Shown: positions 50,596 through 60,990, numbered from the stretch's first letter. The stretch: DNA of 64,000 nt from Candidatus Neptunichlamydia sp. (GCA_965233865.1 OZ247587.1:96001-160000), one strand, 5' to 3'. Numbers and translations are program-made. Notes: generated by a model from the sequence alone, not told the origin.

Positions 50596-51843
50596 ATGAT
50601 TTTCAAAAAGGTACTTTCACAGATTCGAAATGAACGAGAAAAATTCTTCCTATTGTTTGCGATGCTTTGCGGTTTTTTTATTACTGCTGAGTATGCGATT
50701 ACCAAACCGACGAGCAATTCAATTTTTCTTTCCCACTATAGTGTGAAGCTTTATCCGTATGCTTGGCTCTTAACAGTTCCATTCAACCTCCTTGCTGTGA
50801 CCCTTTATAACCGTTTCCTGTCTCGCTTAGGTTGTTTCCGTATGTTTCTTTGCACCGTAGTTGTAACGATGGGAATTAATGCCTTCTGTGGCCTATATGT
50901 GCAGCAGTTCCCCCCCTTGTCCTTTTTGCTATATGTATGGAAAGATATTTACGTTCTTCTAATGTTTCAACAGATCTGGTCAGTCATCCATACAAAGACG
51001 GGGATGAAGAAGGCGAAATATCTTTATGGAATTATCTTTGGAGTCAGTGGAATAGGTGCTATATTTGGGAGTATGGTTCCAAGTTTCTTTGCTGTGAAAC
51101 TCGGTTCTGAGCATCTCCTCTACATGACGATTCCTTTATACCTATTGTTTATTGCATCCTATCATCAGATGTTGAAGCGGAGTAACATGGAGGGGAGTGA
51201 AGCCCTTCTTGTTAAGAATACGGAGGGTGGACTCCAACTTATCAAGACCTCTTCAGCCTTGAAATTCATCCTCTTCATTGTGGTTCTCATGCAGCTTTCG
51301 ACAACGATCATGGATTACCAATTCAACACGTATCTGCAAGAACGCTATCCTCTTCAAGATCTGAGGACCCAGTTTTATGGTCGTTTATGGGGGATGATAA
51401 ATACCTGCAAACTTTGTTTGCAGTTTTTTGCAACCTTTTTGCTCTTAAAATTTTTGGGGCTTCGAAGAAGTCATTTTGTGGTTCCAGGGATTCTCCTTGG
51501 AAATGCGATTTTAACCCTTTTTCAGCCCAGCTTTGCCTTCGTCACCTACGCTTTTGGTGTAATCAAAACGTTTGATTATTCGATCTTTAATATTATCAAG
51601 GAGATGCTATATGTTCCTTTGAAGACAGATGAAAAGTTTAAGGCAAAGGCGATCATCGATATTTTTGCTTACCGATCGGCGAAGGCTTTTGCATCGGTAT
51701 TCGTCCTTGGAATGCAGTTTCTCTCACCTGCAAAGCTTCCTTACGCATATTCTTGGGGACCTCTCGCCCTTTTCATGGTTTGGATCATTGTTGTCTTCTT
51801 ATTTCTCCGCCGCCCTCAAGAGCAAAAACTCCTTGAAGCTTGA
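50596..51843 (+). CDS. Npt/NTT-like nucleotide transporter (MFS)
   Basis: KPTSNSIFL, YVWKD, AKYLYG, DYSI....KEMLYVPL...EKFKAKAIID. Confidence 0.75.
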   Translation: MIFKKVLSQIRNEREKFFLLFAMLCGFFITAEYAITKPTSNSIFLSHYSVKLYPYAWLLTVPFNLLAVTLYNRFLSRLGCFRMFLCTVVVTMGINAFCGLYVQQFPPLSFLLYVWKDIYVLLMFQQIWSVIHTKTGMKKAKYLYGIIFGVSGIGAIFGSMVPSFFAVKLGSEHLLYMTIPLYLLFIASYHQMLKRSNMEGSEALLVKNTEGGLQLIKTSSALKFILFIVVLMQLSTTIMDYQFNTYLQERYPLQDLRTQFYGRLWGMINTCKLCLQFFATFLLLKFLGLRRSHFVVPGILLGNAILTLFQPSFAFVTYAFGVIKTFDYSIFNIIKEMLYVPLKTDEKFKAKAIIDIFAYRSAKAFASVFVLGMQFLSPAKLPYAYSWGPLALFMVWIIVVFLFLRRPQEQKLLEA

Positions 51844-51885
51844 TCCTAGAGAGGGTATATTGATTGCTTAAATCAGGAGTTGTTC

Positions 51886-53595
51886 ATGAGCAAAATTAAA
51901 CGATCGATCAAGAATGGTAAAGAAATTGTAGAAGTTGATTTAGGATCAAATGCGATTCTTCACAATTCTATCCTCAACAAAGGGACAGGCTTTACGGAAG
52001 AAGAAAGGGTTGAACTTGGCCTTCATGGTCTTTTACCCTTCCACACTTCAACCATTGATGAACAAGTCAATCGTGCCTATGGAAAGTTCCAGAATAGGCG
52101 TACCGATATTGGAAAGTATTCCTTCCTTTCCTCTTTGCAGGATCGAAATGAAACGCTCTTCTATTATCTCTGTAGCTTGCACCCGGAAGAAATGCTCCCT
52201 TACATCTATACACCGACAGTTGGTGATGCTTCCCTCAACTACAGCCATATCTATACCCAAAATAGGGGAGTCTACATCTCCTACCCACATAAGGACCGAA
52301 TGGAAGAGATTGTTGCTAATATTCCTTATGATCATGTTGATGTGATTGTCGTAACCGATGGAGCCCGAATTTTGGGTCTGGGGGATCTAGGAGTGGGAGG
52401 GATGGCCATTCCTGTTGGAAAATTAGCGCTTTATTCTTTGTTCGGAGGGGTTCACCCGGCTCATACCCTCCCTATCACCCTTGATGTTGGAACAAATAAT
52501 GAAACCCTTCTAAATGATCCTCTCTATCTTGGTTGGCAAGAGAGGCGCCTCGATGGAAAGGAATACGATGATTTTGTGGAGGCCTTTGTTCAAGCTATCA
52601 CCAAGCGTTTCCCCAACGTTCTTATTCAATGGGAAGACTTTGCAAAAAATCAGGCTCAGCCTATTCTTGATCGTTATCGTGATAAACTATGTTGTTTTAA
52701 CGATGACATTCAAGGAACTGCTGGAGTTGTTGTGGCAGGGATCTTAAGTGCAATTAAAGGGATTGATGCTGATATTAAAGATCAGAAAATTGTCCTCTTT
52801 GGTGCTGGTTCTGCTGGGATTGGAATTGCGGAACTCATCACTCAGGCGATGATGCTTCAAGGAGTCACTCGAGAAGAAGCGAAAGAGAAAATATTTGTTA
52901 TGGGACGGAATGGTCTTGCTCATACAGCCTCGAAAGGGCTGGATGATCTGAAGAAACAATTTGCCCAGAAAGAAGAAGCCATTAGTAGCTGGGGTGTAGA
53001 GGATATGCAGCACATCCCACTCCTTGAAACGATCAAACATGCCAAACCTACGATTCTTATTGGAACCTCAACTCAGCCTAATAGCTTCAATGAAGAAGTT
53101 ATCACTGAAATGAAGAAACATGTGCCTCGCCCTATTATTTTTCCACTATCTAATCCCACATCCAAATCAGAAGCGCACCCGGAAGATCTTATGAAGTGGA
53201 CTAAGGGGCAAGCACTCATTGCCACAGGAAGCCCGTATCAACCTGTCAAATATGAAGGAAAAAAATATGTGATTGGACAATGTAATAACGTCTTTATCTT
53301 TCCTGGTGTGGGCCTTGGTGTTATTGCCTCTGGAGCAATACGTGTAACCGATGGAATGTTTTTAGAGGCTGCCAATGTTTTGAGCAAGTACGCTCCGATC
53401 CTTAATAACCCCTACGCCTCTCTTTTTCCACGGCTCACGGAGCTTCGCGCGATCTCCCAAGATGTGGCCATTGCTGTTGCAAATGAAGCGATTAAAGAGG
53501 GAATTTGTAAAAACCCTCCAAAGGACGTAGAGCAGGCTGTGAAGGAAAGCATGTGGGAACCAAAGTACCCCACGATCAAGAGACTGCAGAAATAA
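51886..53595 (+). CDS. maeA: NAD-dependent malic enzyme
   Basis: NKGTGF, YTPTVG, VTDGARILGLGDLG, FNDDIQGT, GAGSAG, PLSNPT, GQCNN. Confidence 0.95.
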   Translation: MSKIKRSIKNGKEIVEVDLGSNAILHNSILNKGTGFTEEERVELGLHGLLPFHTSTIDEQVNRAYGKFQNRRTDIGKYSFLSSLQDRNETLFYYLCSLHPEEMLPYIYTPTVGDASLNYSHIYTQNRGVYISYPHKDRMEEIVANIPYDHVDVIVVTDGARILGLGDLGVGGMAIPVGKLALYSLFGGVHPAHTLPITLDVGTNNETLLNDPLYLGWQERRLDGKEYDDFVEAFVQAITKRFPNVLIQWEDFAKNQAQPILDRYRDKLCCFNDDIQGTAGVVVAGILSAIKGIDADIKDQKIVLFGAGSAGIGIAELITQAMMLQGVTREEAKEKIFVMGRNGLAHTASKGLDDLKKQFAQKEEAISSWGVEDMQHIPLLETIKHAKPTILIGTSTQPNSFNEEVITEMKKHVPRPIIFPLSNPTSKSEAHPEDLMKWTKGQALIATGSPYQPVKYEGKKYVIGQCNNVFIFPGVGLGVIASGAIRVTDGMFLEAANVLSKYAPILNNPYASLFPRLTELRAISQDVAIAVANEAIKEGICKNPPKDVEQAVKESMWEPKYPTIKRLQK

Positions 53596-53622
53596 CAGCT
53601 TCATAATTGGGTTCTGATAGAA

Positions 53623-54414
53623 TTATTTTATGACCATCACGATCCCTGCTGCAAGTAAAATCACAGCAAAGACTTTTTTGAGGACTTTTGTAGGAAGCCG
53701 ATGGGTTAGCCTAGCTCCATAGGGAGCTGCAAAAAATGAGACAACACTAATAATTAAAAAAGCAGGGATGTAAAGAAACCCCAAAGTATCAGGTGCTTTA
53801 GTGGAATGCATTCCAAGAAGAAGGAAAAAGACCGCCCCGCAAAAGGAGATCAAAAAACTGAGCGCAGAGGAAGTTCCTATTGCTTTTTTTATAGGAACTC
53901 CAAAGTGAGAGAGGATAGGAACGTTAACCATTCCGCCCCCGATCCCGAGAAGAGTGGAAAGTGAGGTAACACAGAATGAAATGCCGCTTAGCGGCCAAAA
54001 TGAAGGAAGAGGATGCTTCTTTCTTGTTTTTGAATCAGGTAAAAGAAATCGAATTCCCAAAAGAATTTCAAACACTCCAAAAGAAATCTGAAGAAAGTGA
54101 CTTGAGAGGGCGTTGGCTGCAGTTGCTCCAAGAATTGCTCCCAATAAGACACCGAGGATCATAGGCTTTACGATATGAAAAAGAACCGCCTGTTTTCTAT
54201 GATGAGTATAGCTTCCGGAAAAGGTATTAAAAACCATTGCTGCAAGAGAGGTGCCAATGGCAAGGTGCATGATAGTTCCTTGAGGAATATCTAATTGAGA
54301 AAAAACTAGAACAAAGCAGGGGATCGTGACAATGCCTCCTCCAATACCAAGGAGGCCAGAGAGGACTCCCGCGAGAATCCCGATCACTCCAAAGCTAAGA
54401 ATTTGAAGAATCAT
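53623..54414 (-). CDS. TauE/SafE family permease
   Basis: SGLLGIGGG twice, AIGTSL. Confidence 0.9.
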   Translation of the reverse strand: MILQILSFGVIGILAGVLSGLLGIGGGIVTIPCFVLVFSQLDIPQGTIMHLAIGTSLAAMVFNTFSGSYTHHRKQAVLFHIVKPMILGVLLGAILGATAANALSSHFLQISFGVFEILLGIRFLLPDSKTRKKHPLPSFWPLSGISFCVTSLSTLLGIGGGMVNVPILSHFGVPIKKAIGTSSALSFLISFCGAVFFLLLGMHSTKAPDTLGFLYIPAFLIISVVSFFAAPYGARLTHRLPTKVLKKVFAVILLAAGIVMVIK

Positions 54415-54568
54415 AGATTAATCACACAAACTGCTGAAAGATAATACCCAATAAAGGTGTCTTCAGTAGCAGCTTTATCAACTATTTTCACCTTTGTCTT
54501 CATATTTTAGATGGTATCCTAAATTTTTTTTGGTGCAAAAGTACTTTTAGAGAGACTGTAAGAATAAC

Positions 54569-55553
54569 TGATCTTCCCCCGTTTTTGTAGACATTTTTAA
54601 CATAGACTATTCTTATGTTTTTCTTCAAATTTCACCGGGCTCAAATATCCCAATGTTGAATGCCTTCTCTTATTGTTATAGTAGCATTCTATATAGTTAA
54701 ATATTTTATTTTCAGCAACTTCTGTATCTTTAAAAACTTCAGCTCCTACGCATTCTCTCTTAAGAGAATTGAAAAAACTTTCCATTGAGGCATTGTCATA
54801 GCAACTTCCTTTTCCACTCATGCTTCCAATCATGTTGTTTTTCTTTAGATTTTTATCTATTGCTTCAGAGCCGTATTGTGACCCTTGATCTCTATGAAAT
54901 ATTATCCCTTCTACAGCTCCTCTTCTTGAGACTGCCTGCAGTTCTTTTCTCATATGCTTTTTGATGGAATGTCCAACGATTTTCCTAGAGTAAAGATCCA
55001 TGACTGTACATAAATATGCCCACCCTTTGCCTGTCCTTATATAGGTAATATCGCTGACCCATTTAGCATTCTTTTTCTCTGCCGTAAAATTCTGGTTAAG
55101 CAAGTTCGGCTTCTTCTCTTTTACTACTAACTTCTTTCTTTTTCTTTCTTTGTTTTGCAACTAAATTGTTCTTCTTCATAATGTTAGCAACTCTCTTTTC
55201 ACTACAGTGCACCCCTTTTTCCTTCAGTTCCATAAAAATTATTGGGCTTCCATATCGTTTTTTGTGCTCATAAAAGATCTGTTCTACTTCCTCGGTAAGC
55301 TTCTCTTCTTCTTCCCTTGCCTGCTTCTCAGTCTTAATCAATCGACTATGGTCATGCTTACTGAGCCATACTTTTAGCGTAGAAACATCTATACTCAGAT
55401 CACTTGCTACCTCTTCTATCTTCAGTCCCTCTTCTCTCACTAACTTGACCACATTCCATTTAAATTCATCATTGATTTTTTTCATTTGCTTTTACTCCTC
55501 TTTAAGTTCGAGAAGTCTATATCATAACTGTCCTATTTTTCGGGGGAAGATCA
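54569..55553 (-). mobile_element. degenerate IS3-family element (985 bp)
   Basis: TIRs TGATCTTCCCCCG / CGGGGGAAGATCA; OrfA/HTH part at 55096-55485 and rve part at 54597-55160. Confidence 0.9.
54597..55485 (-). pseudogene. IS3-family transposase, internally deleted and frameshifted
   Basis: WVSDITYI, DLYSRKIVG, DQGSQY, CYDNA..ESF, YNNKRRHS; OrfA is fused directly to the RYGSP segment. Confidence 0.85.
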
Positions 55554-55554
55554 G

Positions 55555-55768
55555 TTTAGAAAAGTGGCAAAAAATAAGTCAGTCTTCCCTACAGACGAGT
55601 CTCTTTTGAAGATGCTGTATCTGGCTTCTGATGGAATACAAAAGAAACGGACAATGCCTGTAAGGGGCTGGAAAGAAGCCATCTCATATTTTAGGATAGC
55701 TTGCGAAGATAGGATCTCAAAAGGAGTTGAGGCCTAATGACCGTTTACACAGTTTAGATTACACTCCC
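55555..55768 (+). mobile_element. IS256-family transposase C-terminal fragment with right end
   Basis: FRKVAKNKSVFPTDESLLKMLYLA...TMPVRGWKEA; end TTACACAGTTTAGATTACACTCCC. Confidence 0.85.
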
Positions 55769-56058
55769 TCCATAAATTATGGGTCATTTAGCTGGTCTAT
55801 ATTGTTCTTATTCAAGTTAATTTTTGTCTATGTCAATTTTTGCTTGATCAGTTTTGAAGCTCGTGTTGGTTTTTCATTAATTTTTTAAAATTGTTATTAA
55901 ACATGACTTTATCTAATATTTTTTATTCTATCTCTTATTTAAAAGATCTAAAACCTTCTTCTTTTAGTTGTTCGATATCATCGCACAGATGCTCTAGTAG
56001 AGATTGCAATACTTCGTCTTTATTGTTGGTCAGCCCAGATTCAATCTCTTTGGGTTTG

Positions 56059-56600
56059 ATTCCCCGCAGCTTGCTGCGTAAAAGCTGAACAAGTATAGTT
56101 TTTTGGCATGAGTGAATATATTCATAAAAGTCATAATGTCTCAGTTTTGATGTACCACATAGTTTGTCCGGCCAAATACAGGAAAGCGGTATTTGACAAG
56201 AGTGTTGATAAAGAAATTAAGGTCATATGCCTTGAAATTTCAAAGAGATATGAGATAAATTTTTTAGAGATCGGTGTTGATAAGGACCATGTTCACTTTC
56301 TGATACAATCAGTTCCGATGTATAGCCCCAAAAAAACTATTCAGCTAATAAAAAGCATCACGGCAAAAGAGATTTTTTTGAGAAGGCCTGAAGTAAAGAA
56401 GATACTTTGGGGAGGGGAGTTTTGGAGTGATGGATATTTTATAAGTACCGTGGGGAAGCATGGGGACGAGGAGAAAATAGGAAACTACGTCAAAAACCAA
56501 GGAAAAAAAGACTATAAAAGGTTACATCAGCAACTGGATTTTTGGAGCTAAGCAAAACCACCTGACAGATGCCCCGTAGCTCTGCTGCGGGGAGCCTTCA
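56059..56600 (+). mobile_element. IS200-type element (tnpA only)
   Basis: Subterminal hairpins CCCCGCAGCTTGCTGCG (left) and CCCCGTAGCTCTGCTGCGGGG (right, then TTCA); left boundary approximate. Confidence 0.85.
56108..56551 (+). CDS. tnpA: IS200/IS605 Y1 transposase
   Basis: YHIVCPAKYR, DHVH HUH motif, KSITA, FWSDGYF, YVKNQ. Confidence 0.95.
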   Translation: MSEYIHKSHNVSVLMYHIVCPAKYRKAVFDKSVDKEIKVICLEISKRYEINFLEIGVDKDHVHFLIQSVPMYSPKKTIQLIKSITAKEIFLRRPEVKKILWGGEFWSDGYFISTVGKHGDEEKIGNYVKNQGKKDYKRLHQQLDFWS

Positions 56601-56601
56601 C

Positions 56602-56702
56602 TATATAGCTAAAGTGACTTAAATTAGTTATTGTCAGTACTCCCTGAAAATCCTATCTATTCCATAGATGGTATAACTAAAACAACTCAATTTAGCTATA
56701 TA
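56602..56702. mobile_element. MITE (~101 bp) with IS630-like TA ends
   Basis: TATATAGCTAAAGTGACTT versus the reverse complement of the right end, TATATAGCTAAATTGAGTT (17/19). Confidence 0.75.
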
Positions 56703-57401
56703 TCGAGGTTGCGGGTTGATCGATTTGGGAGCATTCTTCAGTAATCATATTCACATTTAATCCAATGTCTATAAGGACAATAAAAAAGTCAAGATGACTT
56801 GAGGGGATCCACTCGCATAGAACGCCGGAGATTTTTTTGCCGCTGACCATAACGTAATTGATCCACTTTATTTGGAAATGAACAAAAGAAAGTAAAGTAG
56901 AAATTGTTTGGACAGCTAGAAACCCACTGATCTCCATGCAGATCAACACCATGTGTTTGACGGTCTGCTGAAATGATTGCCCATTGATTGGGGGATTCCA
57001 GTAATGGGTCTCCATACTCAATTGCATAGGGTTGCGTTGATTCTATTTCATGAAAGTAAAGGTGCTGAACATCGATGTTTTCTGGGTAGCACGGTCCTGA
57101 GAGCATATAAAGAAATCCTAGAAAGGATATTTTGAAATAACTTTGAAACGACAATTCTAAACGCTGATCCCTCACATTTTTTATATAACGAATAGTAGAA
57201 GTAATCGTTAATTTTTCCTAGGAAAACAGCTAGAACCAAGATGAACCTGCAAAGGGCTTGTTTTGATTCAGGAACCAGTCAGAGAATTTTTCGAATGCGC
57301 AATCTTTTTGGACTGGATTTTGAGAGTGATGAACAAGAAATTGTTTACAATGTGAGTCGAACTCAGACCAATTTGTTCAAGAGTTCTTCGGCAATATGAG
57401 G

Positions 57402-57533
57402 CCTACTGAGGAGCTTTTAAAAGGAATGCTCAAAGTAAATCCTGAAGAACGTTTCAGCTCGGAAGAAAGCCTCAGGGAGTTTCAAAGCATTTTCTCTTTG
57501 AAAATGGATAATAAATTTCTTAACAGAACCTAG
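57402..57533 (+). pseudogene. possible Ser/Thr kinase C-terminal fragment
   Basis: ELLKGMLKVNPEERFSSEESL resembles kinase subdomain XI. Confidence 0.4.
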
Positions 57534-58948
57534 TCTTCATCCTGGAAAGCAATCGGCTTGTTCCAGCTGGGCTTTTTAAACAGCAAAATGATGAAGGGGG
57601 CTGCGCAAAATAGGATCATCCCAAAAAACAAAAATAGCACATAAAACAGGGGGCTTCCTGTATCCAGTTGATGTGGAGGAAAGAACCCAATAAAGATTGC
57701 TAAGGCTGAACTGGAAAAACCGACACCGGCTGTTAGCCACATCCCAAATTTCCCTCCAGGAATCTTATAAGCTCGATGGACATCGGGTTTTTTATAACGA
57801 AGCCGAATTCCTGCTGCAAACATAATAACGTACATCAAAAGGTACAATTGCGATGTTAGCGCAAGCAAGATCCAAAATGAGCTGTTTACATTGGGCATAA
57901 GCAAGAAAACTACGCCTAGAATTGAAACAATAATGCCTTGAAAAACGAGCATTCCAACAGGCATATTGTGCCTGTTGATCTTGTGCAGGATCGGGGGGAA
58001 GTCCCCGTCCTGGGCTGCTACAAGAAGTCCCTTGCTGGGTCCAGCAGTCCAAGTGCTCATCGCACCAAGTGCTCCAAAGGCTACCATAAAGGCAATGATG
58101 GGCACTGCCCACCCTAGGTTATAGGACCTAAGGAAAAAGGCAATGGCTTCCATTCCCCCTGAAACCAGGCTAATTTTCTTCTCAGGAATGACGATGGCAA
58201 TTGCCAAAGTTCCTAAAATGGATAGGACAATAATGATCGACGCCGATAGCAAGATCGCGCGCGGGAAATTCTTTTGAGGGTTTTTTACGTCTTTAGCATG
58301 GACTGCAGACATCTCCATCCCTGCAAAGCCGAGCAAGACTCCTGCTAAAAGGGCCAGTTGTTGAGGACTTGATAGGTCGGGGAAAAAGGTATTCCAATTA
58401 AAAGCAATATGAGAAGGCTTACCTGCTCCGAGCCAGGCTATTCCGAGTCCAATAATGATCACTCCAGGAATAATCGTTCCTAAAATCACACCTAGCATGC
58501 TGATCCACCCCGACATTTTCATTCCGAGTAAATTGAGGAAGGTTGTTCCCCAAAAGGCACCGAAAATAACGCAGAACATATAGAGGGTGTTGTCTGCTAG
58601 AGAAGGATCAAAACTAAATGCAATCGTTCCTGCAATAAAGGACAAAATTGTGGGGTACCAGACGACGTTTTCAATCCAAAGGAGCCAACCAGCTAAGAAT
58701 CCCCAGCGGTGACCAAAAGCCTCTCGCACCCAAACATAGACTCCTCCACGCTCCGGCCACCCTGTTGCTAGTTCTGCAGAAACGAGAGAGACGGGGATAA
58801 AAAAGAGGAGGATTGAAACAATGAAGTAAAATAGAGAGGAGAAGCCATAGACGGCCGTGAGCGGCCAGTTTTTGATGCTACAAATGGCTGCAACATTGAT
58901 CATAGCGAGAAAGAAAATATTGAGCGTTCTTCTAGAGCTTTTCGTCAT
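57530..58948 (-). CDS. APC amino acid permease (GadC-like)
   Basis: FFIPVSLVSAELATGWP..GGVYVWVREAFG, GMEMSAVH, RAYKIPGG. Confidence 0.9.
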   Translation of the reverse strand: MTKSSRRTLNIFFLAMINVAAICSIKNWPLTAVYGFSSLFYFIVSILLFFIPVSLVSAELATGWPERGGVYVWVREAFGHRWGFLAGWLLWIENVVWYPTILSFIAGTIAFSFDPSLADNTLYMFCVIFGAFWGTTFLNLLGMKMSGWISMLGVILGTIIPGVIIIGLGIAWLGAGKPSHIAFNWNTFFPDLSSPQQLALLAGVLLGFAGMEMSAVHAKDVKNPQKNFPRAILLSASIIIVLSILGTLAIAIVIPEKKISLVSGGMEAIAFFLRSYNLGWAVPIIAFMVAFGALGAMSTWTAGPSKGLLVAAQDGDFPPILHKINRHNMPVGMLVFQGIIVSILGVVFLLMPNVNSSFWILLALTSQLYLLMYVIMFAAGIRLRYKKPDVHRAYKIPGGKFGMWLTAGVGFSSSALAIFIGFFPPHQLDTGSPLFYVLFLFFGMILFCAAPFIILLFKKPSWNKPIAFQDED

Positions 58949-58997
58949 AACAATTTTTCTTTATTGATATTCAAAGGTCCCTTATAACACAGTCCAT

Positions 58998-60074
58998 ATG
59001 ATCTTGAAAACGAAAACTGTTATTTTTGCGCTACTTTGTTTCCCTATGGCGTTATTTGGGGATATTCAAAAATCTATTGAAGAGCGGGTAGAAACCTATC
59101 ACAATGAGCATGCGATTGTAGGAATGGCTGTTGTGGTCATTGGTCGAGACAACCACCAAAAATTTCAGCAAATCGTTACGAAAGGAAAACTCTCTCTGAA
59201 AACACCTATCCCTATTAATGCCTTCACTGAGTTTCGCATAGGTCCCTTAACCCAAATCGTAACAGCTGGAACTCTTACTTATCTTGTCCAAGAAGGTCAG
59301 CTGAGTCTCAACGATCCCATTTCTAAATTTCTTCCAAAATCGATGACGCTTCCTAGCTACAAGGGGAAAGAAATTACTCTCGGTGATCTTGCGACCCACA
59401 CTTCAGGTCTTCCTGATATGCCCTACTCTCTCACCAGCCGCTCCAATTTTAGCCTGAGCCAAATGTATCGATTCCTCTCTAAATATGAGCTTCTCAGAGA
59501 ACCTGGTTCTAAGTACGAGTACTCCAATTTTGGCTATGCCTTCTTAGCAAATATTCTCTCTCGGATTGCCAAAAGATCTTATCCTGAACTGGCCGCTCAG
59601 CTCATCATGCATCCATTAGGGATTAACGATACGGCCTTCACTCTTTCTGCCGAGCAAAAAAAGAGGCTTGCCACAGGCTACGAAAACGGTAGGGGAATAT
59701 CGCCTCTTCAAAGCGAAAAAATTTACTCGGTATTTATTGGCTCAGGAGGACTTTATTCCACTCCGAAGGATATGTTGACCTTTCTCTCTTTTAATTTGGG
59801 AGAAGAGAAAACGAGCCTCAACGCGATTCTTCCCCTCATGCAAACCTCCTACCATTCGTTTAAAGGCTTTGACACGGGCCTTGGTTGGAAAATCAGCTCC
59901 TTCCCAAATACCCAGGCGAATTTCTACCATCTAAGTGGAGCGCTTTTTGGATTCGGAATGTTTATGGGTTTTATTCCTGATCATGGTGTCGGGGTAATTA
60001 TCCTAACAAACCAAGGGGATCACGACCCTACCCAACTTGGGGAAGAAATCCTTAAAATCATGAGTGATTTATGA
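58998..60074 (+). CDS. beta-lactamase/AmpH-family serine hydrolase homolog lacking catalytic SxxK
   Basis: Signal peptide; FRIGPLTQ, ITLGDLATHTSGLP, YEYSNFGY, PLG..DT, GGLYST..DM. Confidence 0.85.
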   Translation: MILKTKTVIFALLCFPMALFGDIQKSIEERVETYHNEHAIVGMAVVVIGRDNHQKFQQIVTKGKLSLKTPIPINAFTEFRIGPLTQIVTAGTLTYLVQEGQLSLNDPISKFLPKSMTLPSYKGKEITLGDLATHTSGLPDMPYSLTSRSNFSLSQMYRFLSKYELLREPGSKYEYSNFGYAFLANILSRIAKRSYPELAAQLIMHPLGINDTAFTLSAEQKKRLATGYENGRGISPLQSEKIYSVFIGSGGLYSTPKDMLTFLSFNLGEEKTSLNAILPLMQTSYHSFKGFDTGLGWKISSFPNTQANFYHLSGALFGFGMFMGFIPDHGVGVIILTNQGDHDPTQLGEEILKIMSDL

Positions 60075-60084
60075 TTGCACCTGT

Positions 60085-60270
60085 AATAGTTCATCTATTT
60101 CACATTGATATTTTCTTCGCCGAGATTTTGCTTGCGCCCATTTGTGCTCAATTAACGCAAGAGTAAAGAAGACTTGTTCCGAGTAATGCCCCTATTGCAT
60201 TTGTCCGCAGTAGAATGATATCTATTTGTCTGTATTCTTCAATGGGTATTTTTTTGAGTACACTCCCTAA
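60085..60270 (-). mobile_element. IS630-family remnant related to 21282-21532
   Basis: Minus strand reads RTNAIGALLG and IEHKWAQAKSRRRKYQCEIDEL; shares TTCATCTATTTCACATTGATA and CTGTATTCTTCAATGGG with the 21.3-kb copy. Confidence 0.7.
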
Positions 60271-60441
60271 TATAATTTTACTTTTTGAACCCCCTCTGAG
60301 CTCAAATAATCACATAAGTTATTTATTTTAAAAAACTTAAAATAAATAAACAATTTTTCACAAACGTAAGTTACTTTATATAAATTAGTTATATATTAAA
60401 TTGAAATAATTTATTTTAATTAAATAGTAACTATAAAAATT

Positions 60442-60990
60442 ATGAATGTAATTATGTCATCATCAATATTATTCAGAGCTGGGGCTGCATTATCAACAGC
60501 AGCAACTGGAATAGGCTTAGGTTTAAACACTGTGTATAAAAAATTTCCATCAACAATTGATTCAGAAATGGAAAAAGTGAATAAACTCATGAAAGAAAAA
60601 AGCGAGCATCATATTGGATTTTTTGGAGCACGTGAAGAAGTTGTAAGGAATGTAGATCGTAATCGAGATCTTTATGTTGCACCCTTACCACGTATTTCAC
60701 AGTCCTATGCAAATCAAGATGCAAGAAATAATGGAGATCAACCTTATCTTGGTGTTTTAGTTGCAGATAGAGAACTTGCAGATAATGATTATGGAGTCAA
60801 TCCTGCTAATGTTGATGAGTTTGCAAAGATAGAAGGATTAGATGATACAATTATTTACAGTCTTATTTCAGTAGAGGGTCAAAAAGCTGCAAACGTTAGA
60901 GTAGGACATTTAATTCCTGTAACTCTGCAAAATAATGATACCATTTGGGGACATCTCAATAGATCTTGGTCACATTGGACAGAAAGTTAA
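60442..60990 (+). CDS. hypothetical protein
   Basis: 182-aa AT-rich ORF after an AT-rich intergenic region. Confidence 0.6.
   Translation: MNVIMSSSILFRAGAALSTAATGIGLGLNTVYKKFPSTIDSEMEKVNKLMKEKSEHHIGFFGAREEVVRNVDRNRDLYVAPLPRISQSYANQDARNNGDQPYLGVLVADRELADNDYGVNPANVDEFAKIEGLDDTIIYSLISVEGQKAANVRVGHLIPVTLQNNDTIWGHLNRSWSHWTES

Larger units (their letters stand above)
55935..57175 (-). pseudogene. birA: biotin--protein ligase-like pseudogene, frameshifted and interrupted by a MITE and IS200
   Basis: EIESTQ, ADRQTHG...WVS, NFYFTF; GKKISGVLCE, IGLNVN, DQPATSI; probable continuation EVLQSLLEHL...EEGF at about 55935-56055. Confidence 0.7.

Noticed and set aside
56552..56700. tnpB / omega RNA after IS200 tnpA
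   Set aside because: The right-end hairpin follows tnpA directly; no TnpB ORF
4188..59930. many 60-140 aa ORFs nested in or antisense to identified genes
   Set aside because: Shadow ORFs without motifs or RBS support
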